A stretch of DNA of 40,052 bases, taken from NCBI RefSeq assembly GCF_001194135.2, contig NC_068984.1:121040976-121081027 (forward strand). Reading direction: 5' to 3'. Position 1 is the stretch's first letter; each line of letters opens with the position of its first letter. Both the position numbers and the translations under genes were made by a program. Below the pieces are notes generated by a model that was not told where the DNA came from, searched no databases, and saw nothing but the letters and a program-made list of their open reading frames with translations. This stretch comes from Octopus bimaculoides (lineage: Eukaryota). This document shows positions 1 through 11,371 of the stretch, piece by piece.

Positions 1-68
1 ATAGGTCTTTTAAGAGGTGAAAAATGCAACTTACATGGGAGCCGATGTGTCTACCGTCCGTCCATGAT

Positions 69-143
<75 letters not shown>
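69..143. repeat. (GATA)n microsatellite; similar arrays at 15604-15679, 28814-28911 and 34458-34520
   Basis: Read directly from the sequence. Confidence 0.95.
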
Positions 144-950
144 GTCCTACAATGATTATATGACATCCTCATTTATAGAAATGTAAAGTTAGATCTCCTG
201 CTGATAGTCAAAACCTGAGTCAAAGAGAAACGCTTAATATTTAGGGGTGATGAAGCCATTACGAAGTCTCTGAAAACCGAAATGAAAACAAAAGTCCTTA
301 GAGTCTCTAGAGCAAAAGAATACTTTAAGATAAGTGGGATGCCAATGAATTTGTGAAATTAAAGACCTTTATTTTTCTCAACACAGATGTGACCCAACAG
401 TTTCTTATTGCCTTGCAATTCACCCCTAGTACAAAAATGGTTTTCTCTTCGTGTTCTTTCGACCTGCTAGTAACATCAGTCAAGCATTACTTTTCAAAAG
501 TAATGTTTAAAACATCGGTGCATTATTATCAGAGGGAAATGAATAATATATAATTAATTTAAAGTTGTAGGATATACAACATTATACTTACCCTTTGAAC
601 TCGCCAGTACGCTTTATTTTGAGCTTGTTGCCTAACAGATATATCGTTATTTTCAACTATAGAACCGAAACCATGTAACAGCCTGCTTTTGTGTCTTCAA
701 GGGCGTATCGCAAACGAATCGCAACCGCAAAAACTTACTTGCTAGTTCGAAAGGCTATCAATAACTATGCACTGCTTTCTAATATAGCTAATCTATTACA
801 TCAAGAGGTCACCAGAATTTAAGCTAAACGCAATACCATATACGAAGTAGAGACACAACAATAGAACTTTCATGTATATACTAGAAGACAACTTATCTTT
901 GACTCAAGAGTTAAGGGGGTTTGTACGTAAAGGGGTTTGTACGTAACACG

Positions 951-952
951 CA

Positions 953-994
<42 letters not shown>

Positions 995-1030
995 TCACAC
1001 ACACATACACACACACATATTCACTCACAC
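951..1030. repeat. (AC)n microsatellite; representative of many (AC)n, (TA)n, (TACA)n and (GA)n arrays across the window, most N-gaps being flanked by them
   Basis: Read directly from the sequence. Confidence 0.95.
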
Positions 1031-1124
1031 ACGTACATGCATATATAAATTCGCTACGGCAGCTGGAATTAACGTTCATGCAGGCACCAGACTTGCCTTA
1101 TACCTTTGCGTTTCAGTTTGTTCC

Positions 1125-1290
1125 TCACCATTGCATGATGACCGGTGTTGGAATATTTACATTTTGGTAATTTAGCGGATCAGCCAATGAAACTGATAGA
1201 AAACGTACCAGACTTGGAAATAAATTTGACTAAACCCATCAAGGCGGTCTCCATGCATTGACTGCAAACCGATGACTTAAACAAATAAAA
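1125..1290 (+). mobile_element. Decayed SINE family B tail
   Basis: gaccggtgttgg...tttagcggatcagc...ttgactaaacccatcaaggcggtctccatgcat...aaacaaataaaa. Confidence 0.65.
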
Positions 1291-2341
1291 TAATAATGTA
1301 TATATAAATGTGTTTATAGTACTAAAGTAAATGGATGCAGAGATACATTTTTAAAGTCAAATATATGGAACGTAAGCAAATCTAGCGCTCACCACTGTCT
1401 TATCTATCCCGACACAAATTTACAGGATTGTCATAAATATATGTGATGTGATGAGACACTCACAATTGAAATTATTCAAGAAATCGATAAACTCGTCCAT
1501 TCTTTGCTTGCATCTTGAGAAATCTTATCGATTATCTAACAGATATTGATTAAGGACAGAAACAGATAAAGCAGAGCACACGTAAATGTGCTCGCACGCG
1601 CTCAGTGAGACAGACAGATACAGGCATACAAACAGACACACGTACAGATGCAGACACACACACACACACACACACACATTTATATAAAGGGAATGGGAGA
1701 GAGAGAGAGAGAGAGAGAGAGGCGGAGGGAATGATGTNNNNNNNNNNNNNNNNNNNNNNNNNNNNNNNNNNNNNNNNNNNNNNNNNNNNNNNNNNNNNNN
1801 NNNNNNNNNNNNNNNNNNNNNNNNNNNNNNNNNNNNNNNNNNNNNNNNNNNNNNNNNNNNNNNNNNNNNNNNNNNNNNNNNNNNNNNNNNNNNNNNNNNN
1901 NNNNNNNNNNNNNNNNNNNNNNNNNNNNNNNNNNNNNNNNNNNNNNNNNNNNNNNNNNNNNNNNNNNNNNNNNNNNNNNNNNNNNNNNNNNNNNNNNNNN
2001 NNNNNNNNNNNNNNNNNNNNNNNNNNNNNNNNNNNNNNNNNNNNNNNNNNNNNNNNNNNNNNNNNNNNNNNNNNNNNNNNNNNNNNNNNNNNNNNNNNNN
2101 NNNNNNNNNNNNNNNNNNNNNNNNNNNNNNNNNNNNNNNNNNNNNNNNNNNNNNNNNNNNNNNNNNNNNNNNNNNNNNNNNNNNNNNNNNNNNNNNNNNN
2201 NNNNNNNNNNNNNNNNNNNNNNNNNNNNNNNNNNNNNNNNNNNNNNNNNNNNNNNNNNNNNNNNNNNNNNNNNNNNNNNNNNNNNNNNNNNNNNNNNNNN
2301 NNNNNNNNNNNNNNNNNNNNNNNNNNNNNNNNNNNNNNNNN

Positions 2342-2420
<79 letters not shown>

Positions 2421-2426
<6 letters not shown>

Positions 2427-2580
2427 ATAAACGATGGACTTTTTTCTGTTTCCGTCTTTCAAATCCACTCACAAGGCTTTGGTGGCTCGAGGCTCTAGTA
2501 GAAGACACTTGCCCAAGGTGCCACGTAGTGGGACTGAACCCGGAACCATGTGGCTGGTAAGCATGCTACTTACCACGAGC
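2421..2580 (-). mobile_element. SINE family B head, running into (GT)n/(TA)n and a gap
   Basis: gtagaagacacttgcccaaggtgccacgtagtgggactgaacccggaaccatgtgg. Confidence 0.85.
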
Positions 2581-2640
2581 ATATCTAAGTGTGTACATAC
2601 ATACATATGTACATATACACGCATAAATACATGCATACCA

Positions 2641-2663
2641 AGAAAGAAAGAAAGAAGGAAGGA

Positions 2664-2705
<42 letters not shown>
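2641..2705. repeat. (AAAG)n microsatellite; similar array at 23350-23430
   Basis: Read directly from the sequence. Confidence 0.92.
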
Positions 2706-2706
<1 letters not shown>

Positions 2707-3438
2707 CGAGAGACGTTTCCAAAATAATGAATTTTATCCAACAAAGGAAATATACTTAAGAAAAGAACATTTGTTGTAAATCTAAAACAGTCGACGATTT
2801 CGTAAAAATCATTATGATGAAGAGCTATAGACAGAGAGATTTAAGGGTTATAATGTGTATAGACTAATAATATGGTAGTGATTATGAAATTTACTGATGC
2901 CCGGTATTGGTAACGTTATGCCACCTAGGGCTGAAGTGAAGCCAACGAATACAATCATTACTCGATACGGTATATAGAGCACCAGTTCTCAGCTTAGGGT
3001 TCTGCGGACATTTGGGCGTCCATTTAGGTAGTATTATGGGTTCATAAGCAATGTTCAAAATTTTAAGAGGCTGCAAAGTAAAATGCATGTATTTTTCAAC
3101 TGAGAGATGAAACGGAAAAAACAAATTTGCTGTCAATTAATTTAATCGGTTATTGAGTAAACTTTTCGAAAACAAGGCAGTGTCTCTAGCAAAGTTAATT
3201 TAAATGAAAAGGTAGTAATAATTTGTGGAACCTCTGATATAGTATATAAATCAGAAAGTTTTATAGAGAGGAAAAGATTTTATTTTGTTGGACATAAGGT
3301 GTAGGGGTTCTTCAAATGTAACGGGAAATTTTCACTGGCAATTTGTGGCTGATTCAGAAGTTGAGAAGTGACACATGACAGATTTTATTGAAACCGCAAT
3401 GATGTTTTTCACATCTACGACGAACTGGAAGCTGTTGT

Positions 3439-3499
3439 TGGCACTCTGTCGCTTATGACGCCGAGGGTTCCAGTTGATCCGATCAACGGAACAGCCTGC
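3439..3499 (-). mobile_element. 3' tail fragment of a SINE fused to the broken 5' end of the Tc1 element
   Basis: ggcactctgtc...agggttccagttgatccgatcaacggaacagcctgc resembles a recalled octopus SINE tail; not verified by search. Confidence 0.45.
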
Positions 3500-4200
3500 A
3501 ATCAGAAAACCACTACTTTCAAAAACAAAGTTTTTTCAAAGCGTTTAGACCTACAGAAGTGGTCCCTAGAGCAGTGGAATGTTATTTTCTCGGAAAAGTC
3601 ATCCTTTACCCTATTTCCGACCACCGGCCGAGTATACGTGTGGAGACAGCCAAAAGAAGCATTTGACCCAGACTGCCTTCTTCCAATTGTTAAACATGGA
3701 GGAGGATCGGGAGGGGGGCTATATTTCCGAAATCCGCCGGCCCAATGGTTTCCCTTCATGGCAGAATTAATAGCATTTTATCTGATCAAATTCATCCTAT
3801 GGTTGCGGAACTGCTTCCAGAGGGAAACAAATCTTTCAGGATGATAATGCACCAATTCACACAGCTAAAGTTGTTATTGAATGGTACGAGGAACATTCTA
3901 GTGAAGTTGAACATCTTATCTGGCCACCACAGTCCCCAGATCTCAATATTATTGAACATTTATGGTGCTTTTTAGAAAAACATGTAAGGAGTCGATATCC
4001 TCCACCATCATCACTACAAGTACTGGAGACTGCTTTAGCTGAAGGATGGACAAAAATTCCTTTGGAAACAATTCAATCTTTGTACGAGTCCATACTTCAT
4101 AGAATTTAAGATGTAATTACTGCCAGAGGCAGTTCTACCCCATATTAAAATTAATTTGTTTGAAATTTTAATGTGTTTCCATTATTTTGTCCAACCCCTG
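3494..4200 (+). mobile_element. 5'-truncated, inactive Tc1-type DNA transposon with DD36E spacing (Incomer-like)
   Basis: Frameshifted translation RKPLLSK...WSLEQWNVIFSEKSSFTLFPTTGRVYVWRQP...VKHGGGS...FQDDNAPIHTAK...WPPQSPDLNIIEHLW...RGSSTPY*. 28-bp right TIR at 4173-4200 (reads CAGGGGTTGGACAAAATAATGGAAACAC on the - strand), followed by TA. Confidence 0.92.
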
Positions 4201-4210
4201 TACATATATA

Positions 4211-4351
4211 CAGTAATGCCTCGATGTACGAGTTAATTCGCTCCCGGAGAACGCTCGTAAAGCGAAAACTCGTAAGCAGAAAATAAAAATTGTGACAACT
4301 CGTAAAGCCGGGTTCTCGTAAAGCGGCTCCACGTAAAGTGAGGTATTACTG
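4211..4351. mobile_element. 141-bp pogo/Tigger-type MITE
   Basis: Inverted ends CAGTAATGCCTCGATGTACG and CAGTAATACCTCACTTTACG, TA on both sides, repeated internal CTCGTAAAGC motifs. Confidence 0.8.
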
Positions 4352-4451
4352 TATACATGCATACATGTAGATATAAATATTTGTGTGTGTGTGTATACAT
4401 ATATTCGTATATGTATGTCTGTGTGTGCATATATCTGTGCGTGTGTCTTTT

Positions 4452-4700
4452 TGTGTGTGTTTGTCCCTCACTACCGCTTGACAAACGGTGTTGGTTTGAT
4501 TACGTCCCCCTTACCTAGCGGTTCGGCAGAAAGGTCAATAGAATAATTACCAGGCTTAGGAAATACATATAAGCTGGGGTCGATTTGTTCGACTAAACTG
4601 AAGCTATAGCAGAAGACACTTTCCAAAAAAAAACGTGCAATGGGACTGAACCCCGAGACCACATGGTTGCCAAGCAAGCTTCTTGCCCACACAGCCACGC
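4452..4700. mobile_element. SINE family B tail (+, 4452-4605) fused to a family B head (-, 4606-4700)
   Basis: cgcttgacaaacggtgttgg...ggggtcgatttgttcgactaaa directly followed by tatagcagaagacact...cacacagccacgcc. Confidence 0.75.
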
Positions 4701-5271
4701 CTACATAAAAAAATAAAATAACATAGAATGATTCGATGTGTTGCTGTCCGTGAATTCTAAAAGCCACAAGATATCGCTTCTCTCATACTGTCCGTTATCT
4801 ACTATGGCACTGTTTTTGTTAGGCATTTCGTCAGTCAACATCATCTAAATAGCTTCCAATGTTTGCTGCATCGTCTGCACATTTAGTTTTCAGTCATTTT
4901 TGTTTCTTTTAATATCGTTACTGCATCTCCTGCTTCCCGCTGTTTAAAACTGCAACTGTTGTTATTGCAGTCACAGTTGAGACTACTGCTGCAGCCAGTC
5001 TATTACTGCTGCTTCTGCTGTTACAGAAGCTGATGTAGTAGCAGCTTTTGCTGCTGTTGCTGCTTCTGTTGCTGCTTCTGTTGCTACTGATGCAGTCGCT
5101 TCTATGATGCAACTACGATTGCTTCTGCTACTGTAGATAATCCTTGTTCAATACAAAGCAACTTGGAGAAGAAAATATTGTTTCGGAAACGTATTTGCAT
5201 AATTTCTCTAAATACGCTTTGACAAATGTTAAGCACATTTAACTTCAGAGTTCTAGTTACGAGCACAAACG

Positions 5272-5319
<48 letters not shown>

Positions 5320-5771
5320 TGAACACATATATACAAGCATAGACACACAAGCATACACACAAGCACACACACACACACACACACTCACACACACACACAC
5401 ACACACACACNNNNNNNNNNNNNNNNNNNNNNNNNNNNNNNNNNNNNNNNNNNNNNNNNNNNNNNNNNNNNNNNNNNNNNNNNNNNNNNNNNNNNNNNNN
5501 NNNNNNNNNNNNNNNNNNNNNNNNNNNNNNNNNNNNNNNNNNNNNNNNNNNNNNNNNNNNNNNNNNNNNNNNNNNNNNNNNNNNNNNNNNNNNNNNNNNN
5601 NNNNNNNNNNNNNNNNNNNNNNNNNNNNNNNNNNNNNNNNNNNNNNNNNNNNNNNNNNNNNNNNNNNNNNNNNNNNNNNNNNNNNNNNNNNNNNNNNNNN
5701 NNNNNNNNNNNNNNNNNNNNNNNNNNNNNNNNNNNNNNNNNNNNNNNNNNNNNNNNNNNNNNNNNNNNNNN

Positions 5772-5808
<37 letters not shown>

Positions 5809-6167
5809 TTTTATAACTATACATATTGCAATCAGTAGACACGTTACTAATTTTATGCATGTTTGAGTGAGCGTGTATTCAAATGCGAGCATGTGTTTGC
5901 GCATGCGTGTGTGTGGTCGTGTATGTGAGTGTTTTCGTGTTATTTGCTTTGACTTATTTGACGCTTTCTGGCAAGANNNNNNNNNNTTTTCGTGTTATTT
6001 GCTTTGACTTATTTGACGCTTTCTGGCAAGACAAAAGACAAAAATCAACGTCAGTGAGATTCGAATTCAGTGTGTAAATAGTTTAACACACAAACTATTC
6101 TGCTAATCAACTGAGAAAAAGTGATAAGTTCACAGCTATTAAAAAATATATAATAATAATTATAATC

Positions 6168-6377
6168 CCTTTTGCTAGAGGCACAATGAGTGAAATTTTT
6201 AGTGAGGGAACTAGTCGATCATATTGACCCAGTCCTCAACTGGTGCTCATTTTATTGGCCCCGGAAGGCTGAAAAGCAAAGTCGACCTCGGCAGAATTTG
6301 AACTCAGAATGTAAAGACAGACGAAATGGCGCTAAGCACTTTGTTCGGTGTGCTAATGATTCCGCCAGGCTGCTGCC
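6168..6377 (-). mobile_element. tRNA-derived SINE family A, full-length copy
   Basis: Minus strand carries the box A-like TGGCGGAATCATTAG and box B GAGTTCAAATTC, then the core gaggtcgactttgcttttcagccttccggggccaataaaat. Confidence 0.85.
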
Positions 6378-6584
6378 TAAATAATGATTTCTTCTTTATC
6401 GGCCATACACTCTGTGCCAGATATAGCTATAGGCTGAAATCTAGAGATCCTCTGGCCAAGGTGTCTAATATTTTCAACGCTATGATAGGCTTTTCAGGAA
6501 GGATTTCAGAAGTGGTATGGCCCACGGCTTCTCTTCATTTAAAATCGACACTGATCGCATCTATAACTTAATTCCAAAGCTATA

Positions 6585-6845
6585 TTGTAATCCTTTGACT
6601 ATTGCGGGTGTTGCGATAGGTGAAAATCCGCGAAGTAGAAACTGTACTGTACTGTATATTCTTTGTATTATTTTTATAATTTGTATATATGTATTTTATA
6701 ATAAATGCAAAACAACACCACGGAGGAATCGACGTAAGCTTAAATAATAAACCGCGATATGTAAACCGTGATAAGTAAACCGCGATAGGTAAACCGTGAT
6801 AAGTAAACCGCGATAGGTAAACCGCGATATGGCGAGGGATTACTG
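6585..6845. mobile_element. 261-bp pogo/Tigger-type MITE with a subterminal 14-bp tandem array
   Basis: Ends ttgtaatcctttgactattgcgg and ccgcgatatggcgagggattactg are degenerate inverted copies. Six TAAACCGYGATAnG units at 6748-6831. Confidence 0.72.
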
Positions 6846-6973
6846 TGTACATTTTTAAAGAAATGGTCTTTAGAAAGGTGTAAATCGACTCCTAGTGTTT
6901 CAGGTACTTACATCAGGAACTCTCACAAAAACAAAAGGTAAAGTTGACCCAGTTCAAAACAGTACTGAGCTTA

Positions 6974-7230
6974 CGTGATGAATTGGCAGTATCGTTAGCG
7001 CGTAAGACAAACTGTCTTGCGGTTTTTGTTTCAGCCCCCTACGCTTTGAGTTCAAATCACGCGTAGGCCAATTATGTTTCCCATCCTTTCGTAGTCAATA
7101 CAGTAAAGTACCATACAGGGCGAAGGTTTGGTGAAATTGTTAGGGTGTTGGGCAAGATTCTTTGCTGAATTCGTCCCAGCTCTTTGCGTTCTTCGTTAAG
7201 TTCTTGGGTGTTAGACTTAATCTGCTATTC
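6974..7230 (+). mobile_element. Two decayed SINE family A copies in tandem
   Basis: ttggcagtatcgttagcg...gagttcaaatc head at 6974-7112, and a second, more degraded head starting near 7118. Confidence 0.55.
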
Positions 7231-7685
7231 GATCTAACACCACCGCCTGGACTTGGGATCCTGCTAGAGGATTCTATTGCAAGCATTTGGATCAGATCTA
7301 CGGTTTGAGGACAACTTCTTCATCCACTTCCTCCTAGAGGTATTGGAGTCCTTGAGAAAAATAAAGGGAAATGGGCGAACCTCCCAGACGAAAATATACA
7401 AACAGAAACTTTTAGGGGAGAGATATAGTCAGATTGCCTTAGGTATGTGCCAGTGAGGGAGGCTATGCTGTCTTACGATTGTTGGAAACAGCATTCAAAT
7501 CTCCCTCTTATTGTATCCTACCATATCGATGTTAAATAATGTGTTTGACACACAACCTAAACAGATTGAATGGTCATGACTGGGGTGTTTGATCTTAGGC
7601 TTACTTTATCTAGATTCATCGATGACGATAAGATGATATTTTATTCGATTCTAGCAGAAATTTTAGTTTTTAACTTAGGCTCAGG

Positions 7686-8730
7686 GTCAGCAATTCGGCA
7701 CTAAGCGGCAGGGGATATTCGATTAAATCGATCCAGTAATTGACTAGTCTTTTTATTTTATCTACATGGGCGGGATGAACAGCAACGTTTACCACGATGG
7801 GATTTGAAGTCTGAATATAAACTTCTTGAACAAATACTGGAGGATATCTTGTCCTACGCTTTAATAGTCTTCCAATTCACCATTCAGCCCAGTAGAAATA
7901 ATTGTTTCAAATTTTAGCTGAAGTTCAGCAAATTGGGATGAGGTCGATTACATTGACCTCAGTATTTGACTGGTACAATATATTTTATCGACTTGAAGGG
8001 TAAAAGCCAAAGTTAACCTCAGTAGGATTTCAGCTTGGGATCCGCAACACATTTTGTCCGACGCATCAACGATCCTGCCAACTCGCCACCTTCCGCTCCA
8101 TGTGCTAACGATTCCGCCATTTTGCCGCCTTAATCACCTAACAAATAATGGTTTTACATTTTGGCCTATCACCAGTAATTTTGGGAAGAGGGAACTACAC
8201 TCGATTGCATTGATTCTAAAGCTCAGTTTACTTTATCGACTCCCAAAGGAGTAAAAAGCAAAGTTGACCTCGGTGATATTTTAAATCAGAACGTAAAAAG
8301 CCGAGAGAAATGCAGCGAAGCATTTTGTCCGGTGCAGTAAGGATTCGGCCAGCTCGCCGTCTTCTTTACCTAAGAAATAATAATGGGTTCAAATTTTGGT
8401 GCAAGGCCAGCAAGTTTAGGGAAGGGGATAAGTCGGTTACATCAACCCCACTGCTCAACTGGTACATATTTTATTGACCCCGAAGGGTAAAAGGTAAAGT
8501 CGGCCTTGTCGGAATTTGAACACAGAACTTAAAGGCGGACGAAATATCACTAAGCATTTTGCTCGGCGTGCTAAAGGTTCTACCAGCTTACCACCTTAAC
8601 TGTTTATGGAGCCCTAGAGGATGAAAGGCAAATTTGACCTCAACAAAATCAGAATTCAGAATGTAAAGCCGGAAAAATGCCGCGACGTATATTGTCCGGC
8701 GTGCTAACGATGTTGCCTGCTCGCCGTCTT
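7686..8730 (-). mobile_element. Cluster of about six head-to-tail SINE family A copies and fragments
   Basis: Repeated aaagttgacctcgg and ctgccagctcgccgcctt-type ends near 7860, 8092, 8130, 8362, 8597 and 8730. Confidence 0.85.
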
Positions 8731-8980
8731 ACGAATAATAATAGAATTATTAATTAGACAGCCGAAGTTGTCCGTCGATGAATAGTGAGATATAATCTTA
8801 GTATATTTAGATATGTTACTGAGAAGAATCAATCTTAGCACAAAGACACAGCAAACAACTAATTAATGAATTATAGCATATTTATCTAGGGCAATTGAAA
8901 AAAAATCTCTTTAGTTTTAATTGCGACTAAGAGCCGAGGTCATTCGAGCTCAGATGATTTTCTTAATGTACCATTGTCTC

Positions 8981-9130
8981 TCATCTTTCTCTATTTTTTA
9001 CGCACCGCATATATCTCCTTTCTATAGTATTCACCCGCCTCTTCACTGTAATAATTAACCGTCTTTGACCTTTACTCACACCGTTGTTTGTCACAAATCT
9101 GTAATTCCAGATTGACTGTTCTACTGATCT
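8981..9130 (-). mobile_element. Possible RTE-like LINE fragment
   Basis: IITVKRRVNTIERRYMRCVK weakly resembles RTE WTLT..ERRRIEA.EMRCLR. Confidence 0.3.
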
Positions 9131-9989
9131 GCCGTCCATACTGCCAGCCGATCGAGACCATTCCAGTAAGTTCAATATATGTATATAGTTTTTCCATACA
9201 TCATCAGTGATGCACCAGGACACATCATCAACGATATTTTCTGGGAACATTAGCTGTTAGGGGTTTCAATAACCAAACCCCCTTCAACTAGGTGAGACAG
9301 CCATGGTTGAACAAACCACAGGATATGTCCAGTTAGTAATAACCATGATAGCACAATCTTTTCCAGGGCTCTCACCTCTTGATCCACATTCAGCTGATTG
9401 TTTTCCACTTAATGGTCCCTATNNNNNNNNNNNNNNNNNNNNNNNNNNNNNNNNNNNNNNNNNNNNNNNNNNNNNNNNNNNNNNNNNNNNNNNNNNNNNN
9501 NNNNNNNNNNNNNNNNNNNNNNNNNNNNNNNNNNNNNNNNNNNNNNNNNNNNNNNNNNNNNNNNNNNNNNNNNNNNNNNNNNNNNNNNNNNNNNNNNNNN
9601 NNNNNNNNNNNNNNNNNNNNNNNNNNNNNNNNNNNNNNNNNNNNNNNNNNNNNNNNNNNNNNNNNNNNNNNNNNNNNNNNNNNNNNNNNNNNNNNNNNNN
9701 NNNNNNNNNNNNNNNNNNNNNNNNNNNNNNNNNNNNNNNNNNNNNNNNNNNNNNNNNNNNNNNNNNNNNNNNNNNNNNNNNNNNNNNNNNNNNNNNNNNN
9801 NNNNNNNNNNNNNNNNNNNNNNNNNNNNNNNNNNNNNNNNNNNNNNNNNNNNNNNNNNNNNNNNNNNNNNNNNNNNNNNNNNNNNNNNNNNNNNNNNNNN
9901 NNNNNNNNNNNNNNNNNNNNNNNNNNNNNNNNNNNNNNNNNNNNNNNNNNNNNNNNNNNNNNNNNNNNNNNNNNNNNNNNNNNNNNNNN

Positions 9990-10037
<48 letters not shown>

Positions 10038-11371
10038 TGTATGTATGTATATGTATATAACAGATTGACGCAGATCTATATAAGTTTCGTGGGTGTGAAG
10101 GACCAAGTTCATCTCATTAAATAATATCGGAGTCAACTGTTATCAAAAATATATGTCACTCTTACAGACTGTGTTCAGAGCCACTTACTCGTACATGTAA
10201 CATGTATATAATGCATACAATACATACGTCTATATTCTCTCCATGTGATCGGCTGGAAAATCTGTTACGATATTAACATATTTTAACATGAAACCAATAA
10301 TAGGCTCAATACACAAATAAAGAAATTTTATCTACCAATGCGGTATTGAGCACCCATTCACGTCATTCGACATTTACGTATGTATGTGTATATATGTATA
10401 TATATANNNNNNNNNNNNNNNNNNNNNNNNNNNNNNNNNNNNNNNNNNNNNNNNNNNNNNNNNNNNNNNNNNNNNNNNNNNNNNNNNNNNNNNNNNNNNN
10501 NNNNNNNNNNNNNNNNNNNNNNNNNNNNNNNNNNNNNNNNNNNNNNNNNNNNNNNNNNNNNNNNNNNNNNNNNNNNNNNNNNNNNNNNNNNNNNNNNNNN
10601 NNNNNNNNNNNNNNNNNNNNNNNNNNNNNNNNNNNNNNNNNNNNNNNNNNNNNNNNNNNNNNNNNNNNNNNNNNNNNNNNNNNNNNNNNNNNNNNNNNNN
10701 NNNNNNNNNNNNNNNNNNNNNNNNNNNNNNNNNNNNNNNNNNNNNNNNNNNNNNNNNNNNNNNNNNNNNNNNNNNNNNNNNNNNNNNNNNNNNNNNNNNN
10801 NNNNNNNNNNNNNNNNNNNNNNNNNNNNNNNNNNNNNNNNNNNNNNNNNNNNNNNNNNNNNNNNNNNNNNNNNNNNNNNNNNNNNNNNNNNNNNNNNNNN
10901 NNNNNNNNNNNNNNNNNNNNNNNNNNNNNNNNNNNNNNNNNNNNNNNNNNNNNNNNNNNNNNNNNNNNNNNNNNNNNNNNNNNNNNNNNNNNNNNNNNNN
11001 NNNNNNNNNNNNNNNNNNNNNNNNNNNNNNNNNNNNNNNNNNNNNNNNNNNNNNNNNNNNNNNNNNNNNNNNNNNNNNNNNNNNNNNNNNNNNNNNNNNN
11101 NNNNNNNNNNNNNNNNNNNAAATTCCATTAGAGGTTAAGTTGGCCTCATGAAGGGATGGTATCATCCAAGGAAATAATGGTTCACTACCTAATATTTTGG
11201 GGGAGTTGATTTCCTTAAAATATTAGGTGCATATATATATATATATATCTATATATATATATATATATATAAAAGCCTATAGTTTATATTAATATAAAAG
11301 AAGAAAAAGAAAACGGAGATTGGGAAGTTAATAATTGTTTATTATTAACAACAAATCAAGCATCAACCCTT

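Noticed and set aside
914-946. Short tandem duplications (ggggtttgtacgtaa x2; also a 21-bp x2 at 15557-15598)
   Set aside because: Ordinary slippage duplications with two units and no spacers; not CRISPR-like or otherwise structured.
5932-6031. 45-bp direct repeat flanking a 10-N gap
   Set aside because: An identical sequence on both sides of a tiny gap is the typical signature of an unmerged contig overlap.
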